A stretch of DNA of 63,312 nt, counting the filler, from Calcarisporiella thermophila CBS 279.70 (lineage: Eukaryota; Fungi; Calcarisporiellomycota): the NCBI RefSeq assembly GCF_041956535.1. It is 4 parts of 4 records of this genome, joined end to end, with 100 filler letters (N's around TTAATTAATTAA, not from the genome) between each part and the next. Parts side by side here need not be neighbours in the genome. Positions count along the whole stretch, not along the records: positions 20,013 to 50,093 come from NW_027192201.1; 3 more parts are not named here. The stretch is one strand, 5' to 3'. The translations under genes were made by a program, and so were the position numbers. This document shows positions 36,901 to 48,915 of the stretch, piece after piece (the stretch's first letter is position 1; each line of letters begins with the position of its first letter). The notes beneath the pieces were generated by a model. It ran no database searches. It worked only from the letters and a program-made list of their open reading frames with translations, and was not told where the DNA came from.

Positions 36901-39506
36901 CTTCTTGAGGCAACCTCACACTTCTAGTTTTGTTGGCATGATCGTGTGCAAGAAAATGTTGGTGAAGAATCCAGTCGTATGGACCGAGTTCTCTCTCTTC
37001 CATTCTAAACCAATATAGCTGCATTACCATTCATCCATTCTGTTACTTCATCTCGATTTTTGAACTGAATTAATTTAAAAAGATGATTAAGTGTTTTATA
37101 ATCGCAATAAATCGAGCGTAAACACTCCCAGTGCCAGCCAAAAATTTGACTCGTGTAAATTTTACTTAACTTGATTATTTCTTAACAAATAACTCTAATC
37201 TAAAAAACAAACTCGTACTATAAAGTCCCACTTATGCCACTTTTATTTCATATACAATAATATTATTGCCAATAGGTTCTCTTAGGAAAAATATTAAATC
37301 TACTTAAATTTTTGGTTTTTGGTAAAATGAGAAAATCTAAGGGACATGACATTTTGCTCTATATCTCAACAGAGACACAATAAGTGAGAGCTGAAAATTT
37401 ACATATATAAAGTATACTCAGGCTATAAATTACATTTATCTCAGTTGGCAATGATAACGTCTTGAAATCATTCAGCCAATGCGAAGATCATCTGCTTATA
37501 ATAGTATCTTGTGGTGAGTGTTCAGACGCCGCCCATCTTTTCCCACAAGTTACTCACACCAGCTTTAGACAGCAACATACTCCTTAGATATACCTTCATT
37601 GCATTCTACAAAAACCCAATCAAATTAATATCAAGTTGTGAAAATTAAACAAATACTTCATACGTATTTTCTTTGAACTTACAGACCATTCATCATGCCT
37701 TGTATAGCGTATTATGTCATTTTCCTGATAAAAAACCTATTTATTCTTGTTAATAACATATTTAATGAAGATACCTTCCAATACATATTCAAAGATTTGA
37801 GAATATAGCAATGTTTCCAGGTTACTTTCTATGCTCGATATTAAACCTTCACTATATAGAATTATACAAATTAGTACAGTAACATGCCTGCCCCTTCTAT
37901 TTGAACTTCGGTTATATATAACGCCATTGTTGTGGTTCATTTAACATCTGCCAGCGCTACTCCCGTTTGACAGCATCATACTATACGTCAATACTTGTAT
38001 ATTGGTCGGAGAATTCAGTGATATACTAGGTTCTAGAAGCACTTCATGTCAAAATTTTAGTGCTCTCATAAAATTTCAGGAATTACACCAAGAGCTGCTT
38101 CGGAAATCGAAAGTAAAAGTAATATATATTGGTCACCCCTATAATTATAAAGAAAAAATAAACTTAGATAATTTTAGAGACCTTATTGGAATCAAACCAG
38201 ATCCCACATACAGCGTTGAAGCCTCAATTTAATCAGCAAAGTGAATATATTAAATGTAACTTGCTTCAAATTTACAATACTGGCAGGGCAATCCGACCCG
38301 TGTTAAGAATTCAAAATTAAATCCATTAAAAAACAGAAATTAAGCTTTTGGCTTAATTTAGTCTCAGCTAAGTATTACAGTTAATCAAAGAATAAAGGAA
38401 AGAAAAATCACTATAAATGGAAAATAAAAGCACTTAATGGTATAACTTTATAGAAGAAAGTTCGAAAGATTTAGTCGTTTTAGGTTACCCTACTTGCATT
38501 GGAAGACCTGAAGTGGTGATGTGATTTTCATAGATAACAATTCCTACTTGTGCGCTGAGTAGATTTTTATGGATCCTAGAATGATGTCTTAGATAACTGA
38601 ACTATTTACTGAGTTTCTATTTTATAAGCCTACTTTCTAAATACCATAACTACTAGATAGATTCAACTTCATACCCCGGCGTGACCGAATCATGGGTGTC
38701 GATGGCATTCATGGAGGTTAAGTCTCGAATTCTATAGTTTATTCTAAATACAATACTGGGGAAGAAAAGTGGACGACCAGGTGAAATTCAAAGTTGTTTA
38801 GAGAATGAAACACAATCAATGCCTTGATCCTCCCTATATAATAGACCATTCTCTTTATAAACTAATTGTTTATTTGCTTTCTAAATCATGTATTGAATAT
38901 TTTTTTCTGAATCCATCTTTAAATAGTACTTGATCTCCTTGTTGCTTAACTTTCTCTTGATTTCAATAAGGATCCAGATTTTTATCTGTCGCTGAACCTT
39001 AATGGAAGGGACAAGTCGATTTGCGGTGTCGGTGAGATTTTCGGTGATATTGAGGAAAACAAGTATTTAAGCAAATGTTTTCCAGTTGGGCAATAGTGTT
39101 TGGCCTAGATTTATGCTATATTAAGCTATTGAGATGAGGATAAAGACACCAATTAAGTGCAATCGAGATGTAAATGAATACCTTCCTTAAAATTGTTTTA
39201 CTATATGAGGAGATTTAAATTTATAAATTTGGCTCTGTATTTGAACCTAGTGCTAATCATAAAATACGGCTCCGCTTCCATACAATACGAAAGAATTCCA
39301 AATTCGAACCAACTTCAGTGTACCAATAGTATTTCAATATGATCCACCGTCTCTGTAATGTCTTGATAAAGAAGATTGTCTATAAATATGGCCAAGAGGA
39401 ATGCATTCGATTATAGATTTAACTTGGAAAACACGTTTATTCGCTTAATACATACTGTTTACAAAAAATAATCAGCTATCTTTTTTGTTAATTTTACTTG
39501 TACACG

Positions 39507-39905
39507 ATGGTCGGTATTTTTTTCATTGTGCTCCTAATGGCATCTACCACTGCGATCCCAGCGCTACTTTCAAATTTTGACTTCAGTAGTAACCCTTCTC
39601 CTGTGGAGATTTTCACAAGGTTTCGTTCCAACTGTTATTCAGAATGCCAGAGCTCACACGCAGATAATTTAAGCGGGTGTCAGGCAGCTTGCCATAATTA
39701 TGCGAAAATTGGGTTGGATGCAACTTTTAATTATCAACCTAGGTGTGATGCCATTGAAACTATGCTTTTACAAATGTCCAAAGATTGCGGGAAAAATTCA
39801 AGTTGTGAGGATCATGTATCGCAGTTAGCATCCCAGATGACACCCAAAGTAGGATGTGCAGGGCATAAAAATGGAAGTGGGTTACTTGGCAAATCTTCTA
39901 ATTAG
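39507..39905 (+). CDS. Small secreted 8-Cys protein
   Basis: Signal MVGIFFIVLLMASTTA; CxxxC...CxxxC repeats; intronless; TATAAA at ~39381. Confidence 0.75.
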   Translation: MVGIFFIVLLMASTTAIPALLSNFDFSSNPSPVEIFTRFRSNCYSECQSSHADNLSGCQAACHNYAKIGLDATFNYQPRCDAIETMLLQMSKDCGKNSSCEDHVSQLASQMTPKVGCAGHKNGSGLLGKSSN

Positions 39906-40254
39906 ATTGAATAAATTTGAAAGAAAAATGAATAAATAAACACTCTATTAATATATCATTATGAAGTTGGCGAAAAAACTGCCGATAGTAATACACCGTT
40001 TACATCTCAATTATTCATATTATTAATATTGCATATAGTTTAATGGTGACATTATATAGTGCACGCTTTTCAGTGTGTGTAAAATATAAATTTAATTTTC
40101 CAGATCTTAAAATCCTTCATAGACTTGCTTAATTTTCTCGAATTTCAAACTGTTTGTTTGAATATAAGAGCAAATAATCACAATAGATACAACATTCTAG
40201 CAATTATAAGATAATAAAGTCAATAAAATTTTGTTAATGGGTCCAGGGTATATT

Positions 40255-41046
40255 CTATGCGTTTAATTCGCACTTCTTATTTAACCCATTCGTGTATTGC
40301 TTGTGAAAGTGTAGTTCCTTACTACTATCGACAACTTTACACTTGCAGTGCTTAGATATAACTCTCCCCAAGCTTGAATCCTCTCCAGGAAGCAACTCCA
40401 GATCTCTAACATTACGTAGGATACAGTCAAGACATTGTTTACCAAGAGTATAGAAACCACCCTGCCCAAAGTGAAAGCTGCCGAGGTTAAACTCTACGTT
40501 GTAATACATCATATTCCCCATGTATATGTCCTCTGATAGATTAAGCCGCATAAATCGGTCATAGTCTAAGATGCTGTCATCATCAATTTTTGAAATCGTG
40601 TTAAAATTGTAATAATTTCCCATAACCGATAAAGTGTCAGCAACTTTCTCTGTAAGATGGAGGTAGTCGTAGGTCTTATTTAACCGCAGTACATGCTTGA
40701 GAGATTGGAGCTCAGATTTTGATGGGTCCACATTGTTGTCAACGACATATACCAAATTCTCAGACATCTTCATCATCTGATAAAAACGAATATCCGTGCG
40801 ATCGGTGATGAACATATATATTAGATTTGGAATGGTGATCTTGGATTCTTGTCCGCCATCTCCGTTTACTCGAGAATCAGATTGCGCGACTTCATATTCA
40901 ATGGCTGACAGAGGATATCTTGACCGACGAACAACTGTGTTCTCAATAGTCTTTGCAACAAATATCGTCGCCAGAGAAATTGCAGCGACTATGACTCCTA
41001 AAAACAATATTCGAATGCATTTTAGATCGCTTATGAATTTTACCAT
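40255..41046 (-). CDS. Type II membrane glycosyltransferase, GT31 / beta-1,3-galactosyltransferase-fringe-like
   Basis: N-terminal TM (ILFLGVIVAAISLATIFVA); Y.HLTEKV, KIDDD (DxD), YMG, F.QGGFY.L, GED..LG, FH motifs; intronless. Confidence 0.75.
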   Translation of the reverse strand: MVKFISDLKCIRILFLGVIVAAISLATIFVAKTIENTVVRRSRYPLSAIEYEVAQSDSRVNGDGGQESKITIPNLIYMFITDRTDIRFYQMMKMSENLVYVVDNNVDPSKSELQSLKHVLRLNKTYDYLHLTEKVADTLSVMGNYYNFNTISKIDDDSILDYDRFMRLNLSEDIYMGNMMYYNVEFNLGSFHFGQGGFYTLGKQCLDCILRNVRDLELLPGEDSSLGRVISKHCKCKVVDSSKELHFHKQYTNGLNKKCELNA

Positions 41047-43116
41047 CTTTTCGAGTCTGTCTCGTTTCAATCTATTATAAGCCTTTTAATCTCGACAAAG
41101 AGTCCCTTTGTTACACAACATGAAAAAATAGTATAGGGGTTTAGGGTTTGTTGCCCAAACTCCATGAGGATAAAACCAATTATTGGTCAAGATTACATTA
41201 TTTACATTGGAGTGAATCAGACACTTAAAAGGGTGATTCGGTTTGTACCCGGTTTAAATACAGCTCAGTTGATTTTCTTTCTGAACGTTAATTGATAATA
41301 TTAAAGCCATATATTTTTTTATAGAAGTAATAACATGGCAATTCTTAAAAAGCAACATGATAAAGCATACTGCAAAAAATTTAATAAAAGTATTTAGTAG
41401 AATATATCTTTTATAATTGATACGCAAATTACAGTTAAATAGCACTCATATATAATATGCAAAAACTATATTAATTTCGAACTTTTACACTCACCACAAT
41501 TCTTGCCAGATTCATCCTATCACATTGATTTGAAAACTCGGTCAATTGTCTCAAAGTTTTTTTAGTGCTCAAACTTGGGGTACATACTACTATATATTGA
41601 ACACTCTTTGCATTATGCCAAGATTCAAGGTAGTGTTAGGCAAAAATAGCGGCACTACTGAGAGTACCTATGAAAGCAGGGGCGGAACTAATAACTATTA
41701 TGCATACACCTTCTGAGTATTCAAACGAGATATTTACTGTTGGAGCTTTAAGTAAGCGTACTTATAAAAATAGGAACCGACTCATTTTATTTTTGAAATA
41801 TTCCATAAATATTTTGAGATTTTCTTTAACATCAAGGAAAAATTTTGCAAGACTATAGTAAAGGTAATGCAATATTAGTCGTTGACTATCACGACGGCAG
41901 ACCACTTGTCGGCATGAGTAGAACGAGAATTTTGAACCCAAAATAATAACTTACTGCTTGTAATTCTCCAACGTGTGCTTGATGGAACAGCTAGTTGAAT
42001 TTTCAAGGTTGGTTGACAACTTACCTATTCCAAATAATTTGCTTTTCTCCTTCTGAGCATATGTCGCCTTATATATATTCTCCTTAATTGAATAGATTCA
42101 ATCTGGCTTTGAAAAAGACAAGTAGCATGCAGTACAGTGTTTTGGAATTGAAAAATATAGTAAGTGGGTAAATTGATTCATTTCATGGCCGTGTCGGCAA
42201 AATAAGTGGGCAAAATGTTCCAATGAATGTGTACGAAGTTATTCGACCTAACACGATAAGTAATCCGGTCTCTTGAAAATTAATATCACTTCTTAAAATG
42301 ATAATCGCATTTCATACTTAATGCATTCTTAAATCTATATTGTTTTTCGAGCTGTGTTCACCAGATCGCGAATTTGAGCTAAGAATAACACAGCCATATT
42401 ATCTGCGCTTCAAAATTTTAATCTAAAAAGAACTGAATGATTATAAATCTACTTTTAATAATTCATGTATAAAATAACAATTTAAAACTAGAATGGAAAG
42501 GTTTAGATTTGAGAACAGAAGAAAATTGCAAATATTATGAGCAACTTAAAATTTAGTAATAAACAACTTGCAGTGGATTAAATTAAAAAAAAAATTGATT
42601 ACATCATGTAAAATAACTAGCCAGCTTTTTATTAGTTAACTAAACTAGAAAAATGAATTAGGAAAAGCTTCTTGGGTGCGTACAATTGCTCGTTGGTAAG
42701 AGAAAGCAATCGTGATAACAACAAATGCATCGGAGATGGGCTTGGGAATTTTAAAATAGACGTATATGAAACTTGGACAGATGCAGAAATGGTAGAATCA
42801 TAAAATAAGCGCTCTGGCAACAGATAATTATCGTAGTATATATAACCAGAATAAATCAGTACATAATCACCTAACTTCATCCAGAAAGAGAGCTGGTTTG
42901 TGATAATTATCAAGATTTGTTGGGAATTGGCATATATTTTACTCAAAAAAGAGAAAAAAATCCTGAGATAAAGCACTTGTATATAAAAAGTTTCACTTAA
43001 CAACAAAGAGATAAAATATCGAAAGCATTTAGATCATTGTTAAGCAAACAATTAAACTTGATTAAATTAGACTTGGAATCCCAATGGTGTATGAAGACTT
43101 GTGATCAGCATAATAT

Positions 43117-44160
43117 TCATTTATGGGGTGTTAATAGACCATCAGGATTTCGTTTTTGCCACATCCAAGCCGAACGACACATATCTTGAAGATCATGAAC
43201 TGGTTTCCAATTCAATTCCGAGTAGGCCTTCGTAGGATCAGCAACAACTTTGGCAGTATCCCCCGGCCTACGGCCTGTTCCCTTCCAGTCTATTTTCTTT
43301 CCGCTTATCTTTTCAATGCAATTAATAACTTCCAAAACAGTATAGCCTCTTCCATTCCCCATGTTATATGCTACACAGCCTGTCTTTTCAACACGAAGCT
43401 TTTCTAATGCGGCAAGGTGTCCCACGGCTAGGTCGACTACGTGGATATAATCTCTCACTGCAGTACCATCCTTGGTAGGATAATCTAGGCCGAATACTTG
43501 GAGCTGCTTAGAATTCACCAGAGATTGAGTGATACATGGTAGTAAGTTATTGGGCGGGCCTAGAGGATTTTCTCCAATGAGACTTGATGGGTGAGCACCG
43601 ATCGGATTAAAATATCTAAGCATTATGGCATTCATGGTTGGGTCACTCTGACAGAAGTCGTCAATTATAAGTTCTATCATCAGCTTCGTCCTTCCGTAGG
43701 GATTGATCGGATGTAGAAAATGGTTTTCTGAGATTGTTTCCTCATCTGGATTTCCGTAGACAGTGGCTGATGACGAGAATACTAACTTTCGGCAACCCGC
43801 TTGACGCATAGCCAGAAGCAAATTACATGAGCCCACTACATTATTCTCGTAGTATTTCAATGGATCGTCGAAAGATTCATTGACAGATTTGAGACCAGCA
43901 AAGTGTACGACTGCCCATATGTCGAATTCTTCAAATATGTCGAAAAGTGCCTTCTTGTCTAATAGCGATATCTGCCTGAAAATAGGGCTTCTTCCTGTTA
44001 TTTGGACAATCCTGTTTAACGACTCGAGACAAGAGTTGCTTAAGTTGTCAATAATGATGACTTGATAGTTTTCGGCAAGTAACTCGATTACGGTTTGAGA
44101 ACCAATGTATCCGGCTCCGCCTGTGACCAAGACATAAGAAAAGTCGTCCTGTTTCAACAT
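43117..44160 (-). CDS. galE: UDP-glucose 4-epimerase
   Basis: VLVTGGAGYIGS, HFAGLKSV.ES, FSSSATVYG, NPYGRTK (YxxxK), LRYFNPIGAH, DGTAVRDYIHV.DLA.GH, RRPGD; intronless. Confidence 0.96.
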   Translation of the reverse strand: MLKQDDFSYVLVTGGAGYIGSQTVIELLAENYQVIIIDNLSNSCLESLNRIVQITGRSPIFRQISLLDKKALFDIFEEFDIWAVVHFAGLKSVNESFDDPLKYYENNVVGSCNLLLAMRQAGCRKLVFSSSATVYGNPDEETISENHFLHPINPYGRTKLMIELIIDDFCQSDPTMNAIMLRYFNPIGAHPSSLIGENPLGPPNNLLPCITQSLVNSKQLQVFGLDYPTKDGTAVRDYIHVVDLAVGHLAALEKLRVEKTGCVAYNMGNGRGYTVLEVINCIEKISGKKIDWKGTGRRPGDTAKVVADPTKAYSELNWKPVHDLQDMCRSAWMWQKRNPDGLLTPHK

Positions 44161-45817
44161 GATTGAAATTTCAACGAGAAATTCATACGTGGAATGTCTA
44201 AAGATGCGGAGGCAACACCTGTATTTATATACTCTCTACACTGCATTAAAAGATTCGTCTCATTCTAGTGGATTTGTTTGTTTATAGTCGGATAGGGAAA
44301 ATGAGGTAGTGCAAGCCATAATCATGGCTTATGTTGGCGTTATCATTTCAATCGAGATGGTGTTATGCACCATTCTCCTTGGCAATAAGCTCTCAATGTA
44401 TTCTTTCCTATTTGGGGTTTTTCTACCTTGTTAAGAATATGGCATATATGTTAGATTTAAATTATACTGGTAAGTTTAAACTATCAGCTGAAATAAACTA
44501 TGCCACAAAAGCTAGTGGAATAGTTTAATGAGACTCAGTTTTTTCTGAGTAAAATAGCATAGGCTTTCGAAGTATGAATCTAATGGTGGAATATTTATAA
44601 TACGTAGCTAAGTATATATCCTGTCAAATCATTAAGTCACCTGAAATTTTATGTCATATATTCTATATATATAGATTTATTCTTTTGGGTGACTAGAAAT
44701 CTTTTTATTGTATATCTTGGCATCAATGAGATAACTCCTATTAATCAATCATTCAAATTTTACCAAGTTGACTGTAGATATTTTATCGATACGTGAATTG
44801 CCTCGACTAAATTAATTTCGAGACTTCCAAGTAGTTATCTAGGAAAATGGCTTGCATATGTCCAGCAGCATCTTCAATTCTCGATCGGATAAATTAGATC
44901 AACCACAATACCAAATGCAAAGTTATTACAAGCTCAGATGTCGCCGATATTTTTGTGGTAAATAATTTTTGATGTGGATAATAGTATTTCTTCATCTTCT
45001 GAGAGGTTCGCCCATTTGGAGCGTTTTGATAAAATATCAATCCTTAATAGTTTTAAAAACTGCAGAAATGTTAATAAACTTGAACAATCAATTAAAATTT
45101 ATATGGTTTAGCCAAATATACAATGAAGTATAATTGTTAAGTTTTATTCATTTTTAAATAGCAGCGTCGTCAATTCGGATTATTCTTAGTAGAGGAAAAT
45201 AAAAACAAATCGGCAAGCTTTATTCATATTTGTTTTTATTATTATTTTAACGCATGTATATAAATGAAAAAAAGCTATGCAATACACAGTTGACATACAA
45301 GTAAAACCATCTTAACACTTCTTCAATGATATTATTATTTTATAGAATCGGCAACCATTTCAACTCTTTCAATTATTGATATTGAAACTCCCACACTCTA
45401 AATGAACAAAATGAGCTGTCGAAATTATATCATTTTCGATATTTTTTTGTCTCTAACTTCAAGATGGACTAACTAAAATTAGAAATCTAATTATATATTA
45501 TATAAAAACCCCTTCTGGCAAAAAAAAAAAGCCACGGCTTTCCTCTAATCTTTCCGGTATTTCGATAAGTTTTTTGCTTTATTGTTTCAAAAAATTGATA
45601 ATTTTTTTTTTGGCCACTGTTTTCTATGCATTATATAAAGGAAAAATATTCCAATGTTGATTTGCGAACTCTTTAATTCTAACTTGAATTTACCACAATA
45701 TTTATATTTTCGCCAAAAATATGGAAAAGAGAATTGGTTAAATAATTGATATTTCACTCCTTCTAAACACCATCATCTTATCATAAACGATCATTTATTT
45801 ATTAACATCTTTGAAAA

Positions 45818-47578
45818 ATGGATATTATGTTAGATTCACACTCATTTTTTGTTGCGTTTGCTTTGGTGGTACTTTCCATTGGAGGATTTTACGCTGGGAT
45901 AGTGTATCCTCTTGGAAGTTATGTATTCCGGTTGAGATTTTTCAATCATGGCTACTCCCACAAATCTTCTGCCTTCACAATATTTTTTTCAGCGGTTGTC
46001 GGGTGTGGTATTCCTCTTGGCGCCATTGGGTTGATTGCATACCAGTCTGTATGGAAGGATTTGACGCCAGTGAGGTTTTTCGTCTCCGCATGGAAGTTCT
46101 GTGATTACTGGAGAACATATAATAATTTTAGGGTAGATCCTATCCTCTATTATTATATCTACGCCAGCATGATATTCGGTATCGTTCTAAATTCGATGTT
46201 TGGAATATTAGCGAGATGGGATCCCTTGCCCCAGCCCGAGATTGAGAAAGCATCTGAGCGCCATGCATTTATCATAGTTGCCCACAACAGCTCTGACAAG
46301 TTGGAGAAAACAATAAAAGCGCTACTCAGACATGTTAGACCCCATCAAGTGTTTGTGGCGGACAACGGCTCCACACATAAAGAAGTAGCAAGAACTGACG
46401 CCATATGCGCAAAATTAACTGAAGAATATTATGGCGAAGATACCAAGGAATCTTTAGGTGATATAAATGTATCGCACATATCTTATGGAAATAAGAGTAT
46501 TGCACAATATGCGGCTGTCTACTATTTATACCAACTTTGGATTTCAGGAGCTTCAGAAATCGATATTATTACCACTATTGACGACGATGTAATCATCCCG
46601 GAGTACTGGCCCTCGAAGTCAATAGAGAAACAGTTCGAAGATCCGTCGAAAGTCGCCCTTGCATATCCACTCTCTGCGGAAAACAATAATGCCACCTTAG
46701 CTGCTAAACTTCAAGATTGTGAATACCTTAGTGGGAACGTTGGAAGGTACACTCATGATATATTCGGCACACAGCTTTTCGCATCTGGAGCAATTTCAAC
46801 TTGGAAGGTGACGGCATTAATGGGTGTATTAGAACGTCACTGTACGATCTTTAATGGCGAAGATTTGGAAATGGGCTACATAGTCCACAAATTATCTGGA
46901 AGAAGAGGAAGCAAGTTAGGTGTCGACCAAGCCACAAGAATTGGATATGTTCGAGATTGCGTTGTCCCTACCATCGTCCCCTTTTGCTTCGTTCACTGGT
47001 ACGATATTTTACCGAATCCGCTTAAACGAAAAATCAACCCTACCCCATGTAGTTGCCAGGAACACTCATTTGTAAATCAGCGCCTTCGTTCATGGGATCC
47101 AGCCGGCCACATGTTTATTTATAAATGGATTAAGGTGATTTTCTCACCGGGTGGTCTTGGATACAAACCCAAATGGTTTGTTAGATTGATATGCCTTTGG
47201 AAGGTTATTTCTATCCTAAGAGAATATTCACAGATCATTGGGATATTCGTATCGTTCCTGCGAATAAGATCAGTGGATTCGTTGAACAGCCTTTTAGTCT
47301 TCTACGTGGACTCCATTGTAATTAGTTGGGCAGCTGAGGTGTTTTATTTAACTTTTCAATCCCTAAGTCTTGGTCGCATTGGACTTGCAATGCGGCCTGA
47401 TGTTCTTTTCTGCTTCCCCATCCTTTACGACATTCCCTATTATTTAGTGATTCGATTTATCACCGCGATTTATTCACTGGTATATTACATAATAGCTGTA
47501 AGATTTCCAGATGATATTCGCACACAAATTTCTAAAGATACTGTTAAGAGGCAAATTCTCCATAGCATTTGGTTTTGA
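45818..47578 (+). CDS. Multi-TM processive GT2 glycosyltransferase (polysaccharide synthase)
   Basis: N-terminal TMs; VADNGS, GNKS, IDDDV, LQDCEY, SGAIS.W, GED, QRLRSW (QxxRW-like); C-terminal TMs; intronless. Confidence 0.88.
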   Translation: MDIMLDSHSFFVAFALVVLSIGGFYAGIVYPLGSYVFRLRFFNHGYSHKSSAFTIFFSAVVGCGIPLGAIGLIAYQSVWKDLTPVRFFVSAWKFCDYWRTYNNFRVDPILYYYIYASMIFGIVLNSMFGILARWDPLPQPEIEKASERHAFIIVAHNSSDKLEKTIKALLRHVRPHQVFVADNGSTHKEVARTDAICAKLTEEYYGEDTKESLGDINVSHISYGNKSIAQYAAVYYLYQLWISGASEIDIITTIDDDVIIPEYWPSKSIEKQFEDPSKVALAYPLSAENNNATLAAKLQDCEYLSGNVGRYTHDIFGTQLFASGAISTWKVTALMGVLERHCTIFNGEDLEMGYIVHKLSGRRGSKLGVDQATRIGYVRDCVVPTIVPFCFVHWYDILPNPLKRKINPTPCSCQEHSFVNQRLRSWDPAGHMFIYKWIKVIFSPGGLGYKPKWFVRLICLWKVISILREYSQIIGIFVSFLRIRSVDSLNSLLVFYVDSIVISWAAEVFYLTFQSLSLGRIGLAMRPDVLFCFPILYDIPYYLVIRFITAIYSLVYYIIAVRFPDDIRTQISKDTVKRQILHSIWF

Positions 47579-48089
47579 TTCTGTTTATTTATCTTGACAT
47601 TAAAATAAAAATAAAACAGATATATTATTTATAATATATGGCAAGTTCTTTAAAATTAAGATAAATAAATAGGTAAATAATAAAAATGTTTCTACTTATA
47701 TATGAGTTATTTGAGGACATTTGCGATAATAAATTTATATTACATTTAGTTTTTATGCTAGCTATAGTAAAAATATATATTTTTATAGATATATTATATA
47801 AATATATATTATTATTTTATTTTTTTTCTTCTATAATACAACTAATTTCTTATAAATATTGGTAAATCTTAAATCATTATCCTATTTTGATATCATATTA
47901 AATATTATATTGTTAATTTATAATTAATAGTTATCCTTTGAAGAGAAAGGTTAAATATACATATTAAGATAATAGAAATATATGTAATATATTAGCTTAT
48001 TTGTCACAAAATATTGAACGAAAAATTTAGTATTTTCATAAGAGTTTTAAAGAAGAGTAGATTCAGGAAAAATAATTACTCATAATTGA

Positions 48090-48162
48090 TGGTCACTATG
48101 AGAATCGAACTCATGACCTTCTGCTTACTAGGCAGACGCTCTGCCAACTGAGCCAAGTGACC
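48090..48162 (-). tRNA. tRNA-Thr(AGU)
   Basis: GGTCACT TG GCTC AGTTGGCA GAGC G TCTGC CTAGTAA GCAGA AGGTC ATGAG TTCGATT CTCAT AGTGACC A: complete cloverleaf. Confidence 0.93.
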
Positions 48163-48171
48163 TATTTCTCT

Positions 48172-48536
48172 TGTCTCATAAACTGAATCAGATAGGAGGC
48201 CTAACGAGATTGAAGACTACCCTCCGGCATCCGACTACGACGCAAGTGCGACGCAAGTGCAGCCGCAAACAAGTATTAAGATTATATTAATTAGAATTCC
48301 CGTTATTAGTTTATTTCATTTGTCATACTTCACCCTATATAAAGGGATACTCTTTGAGAACATTGTAACAGGAGAATAATCATCCCCGGAGTACTATGAA
48401 TATATTCCTCTTCCTTGGTTTTCTGTAATAAATCCTTTATTCCCTTATCCCTGTCCCAATTATCCTAGATTATCCCTACCGAATTTATGTCACTTGTGTT
48501 GCGTCGAATATATGTCTAATAAGTTCTATCCCGACA
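48172..48536 (+). mobile_element. Possible solo LTR immediately upstream of tRNA-Thr
   Basis: TGTC...GACA ends, internal TATATAAAG and AATAAA; no clear TSD and no second copy in the window. Confidence 0.35.
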
Positions 48537-48563
48537 ATCCTCTAGCTATCCCTAAGCTCCTTC

Positions 48564-48902
48564 GGGGGAGGGTTAGTGTAGTGGACTATCCCTGGGATGC
48601 CGATGAGAACGGCGTGGGTTCGAATCCCACCTCCCCCACCAGCACTTACTCTTAGTTTGTGACTGCTGTCCACTTGATCAGAAGCTGTGTCTTGATTATT
48701 GAAAAGATCGCCCTTACGATAAGTACAAAGATTACATTGGTTTCACGTACATGCTATTCACGACAACAACGATACACGCATATCGATTGAACGTCTATCG
48801 ATCAAGGGCCTATATCTCGTTAAGTTAAGTCCATTGACATTAACTTCATGTAATATATGGAAATTAAATAAAAGTTTCTATTAATTGATCAAAAAAAAAA
48901 AA
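48564..48902 (+). mobile_element. tRNA-derived SINE, full length, with poly(A) and 17-bp TSD
   Basis: A box TAGTGTAGTGG (48574), B box GGTTCGAATCC (48617), tRNA-like head ending ACCA, ~250-bp body, A12 tail; TSD TATCCCTAAGCTCCTTC at 48547-48563 and 48903-48919; second copy at 49843-50093. Confidence 0.88.
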
Positions 48903-48915
48903 TATCCCTAAGCTC

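Noticed and set aside
48564-48641. tRNA-like sequence with encoded CCA read as bacterial tRNA-Leu(GAG), tRNA-Sec or tmRNA
   Set aside because: Arm geometry is non-canonical, there is no UCA anticodon, and it is fused to a repeated poly(A)-tailed body with a TSD, so it is a SINE head
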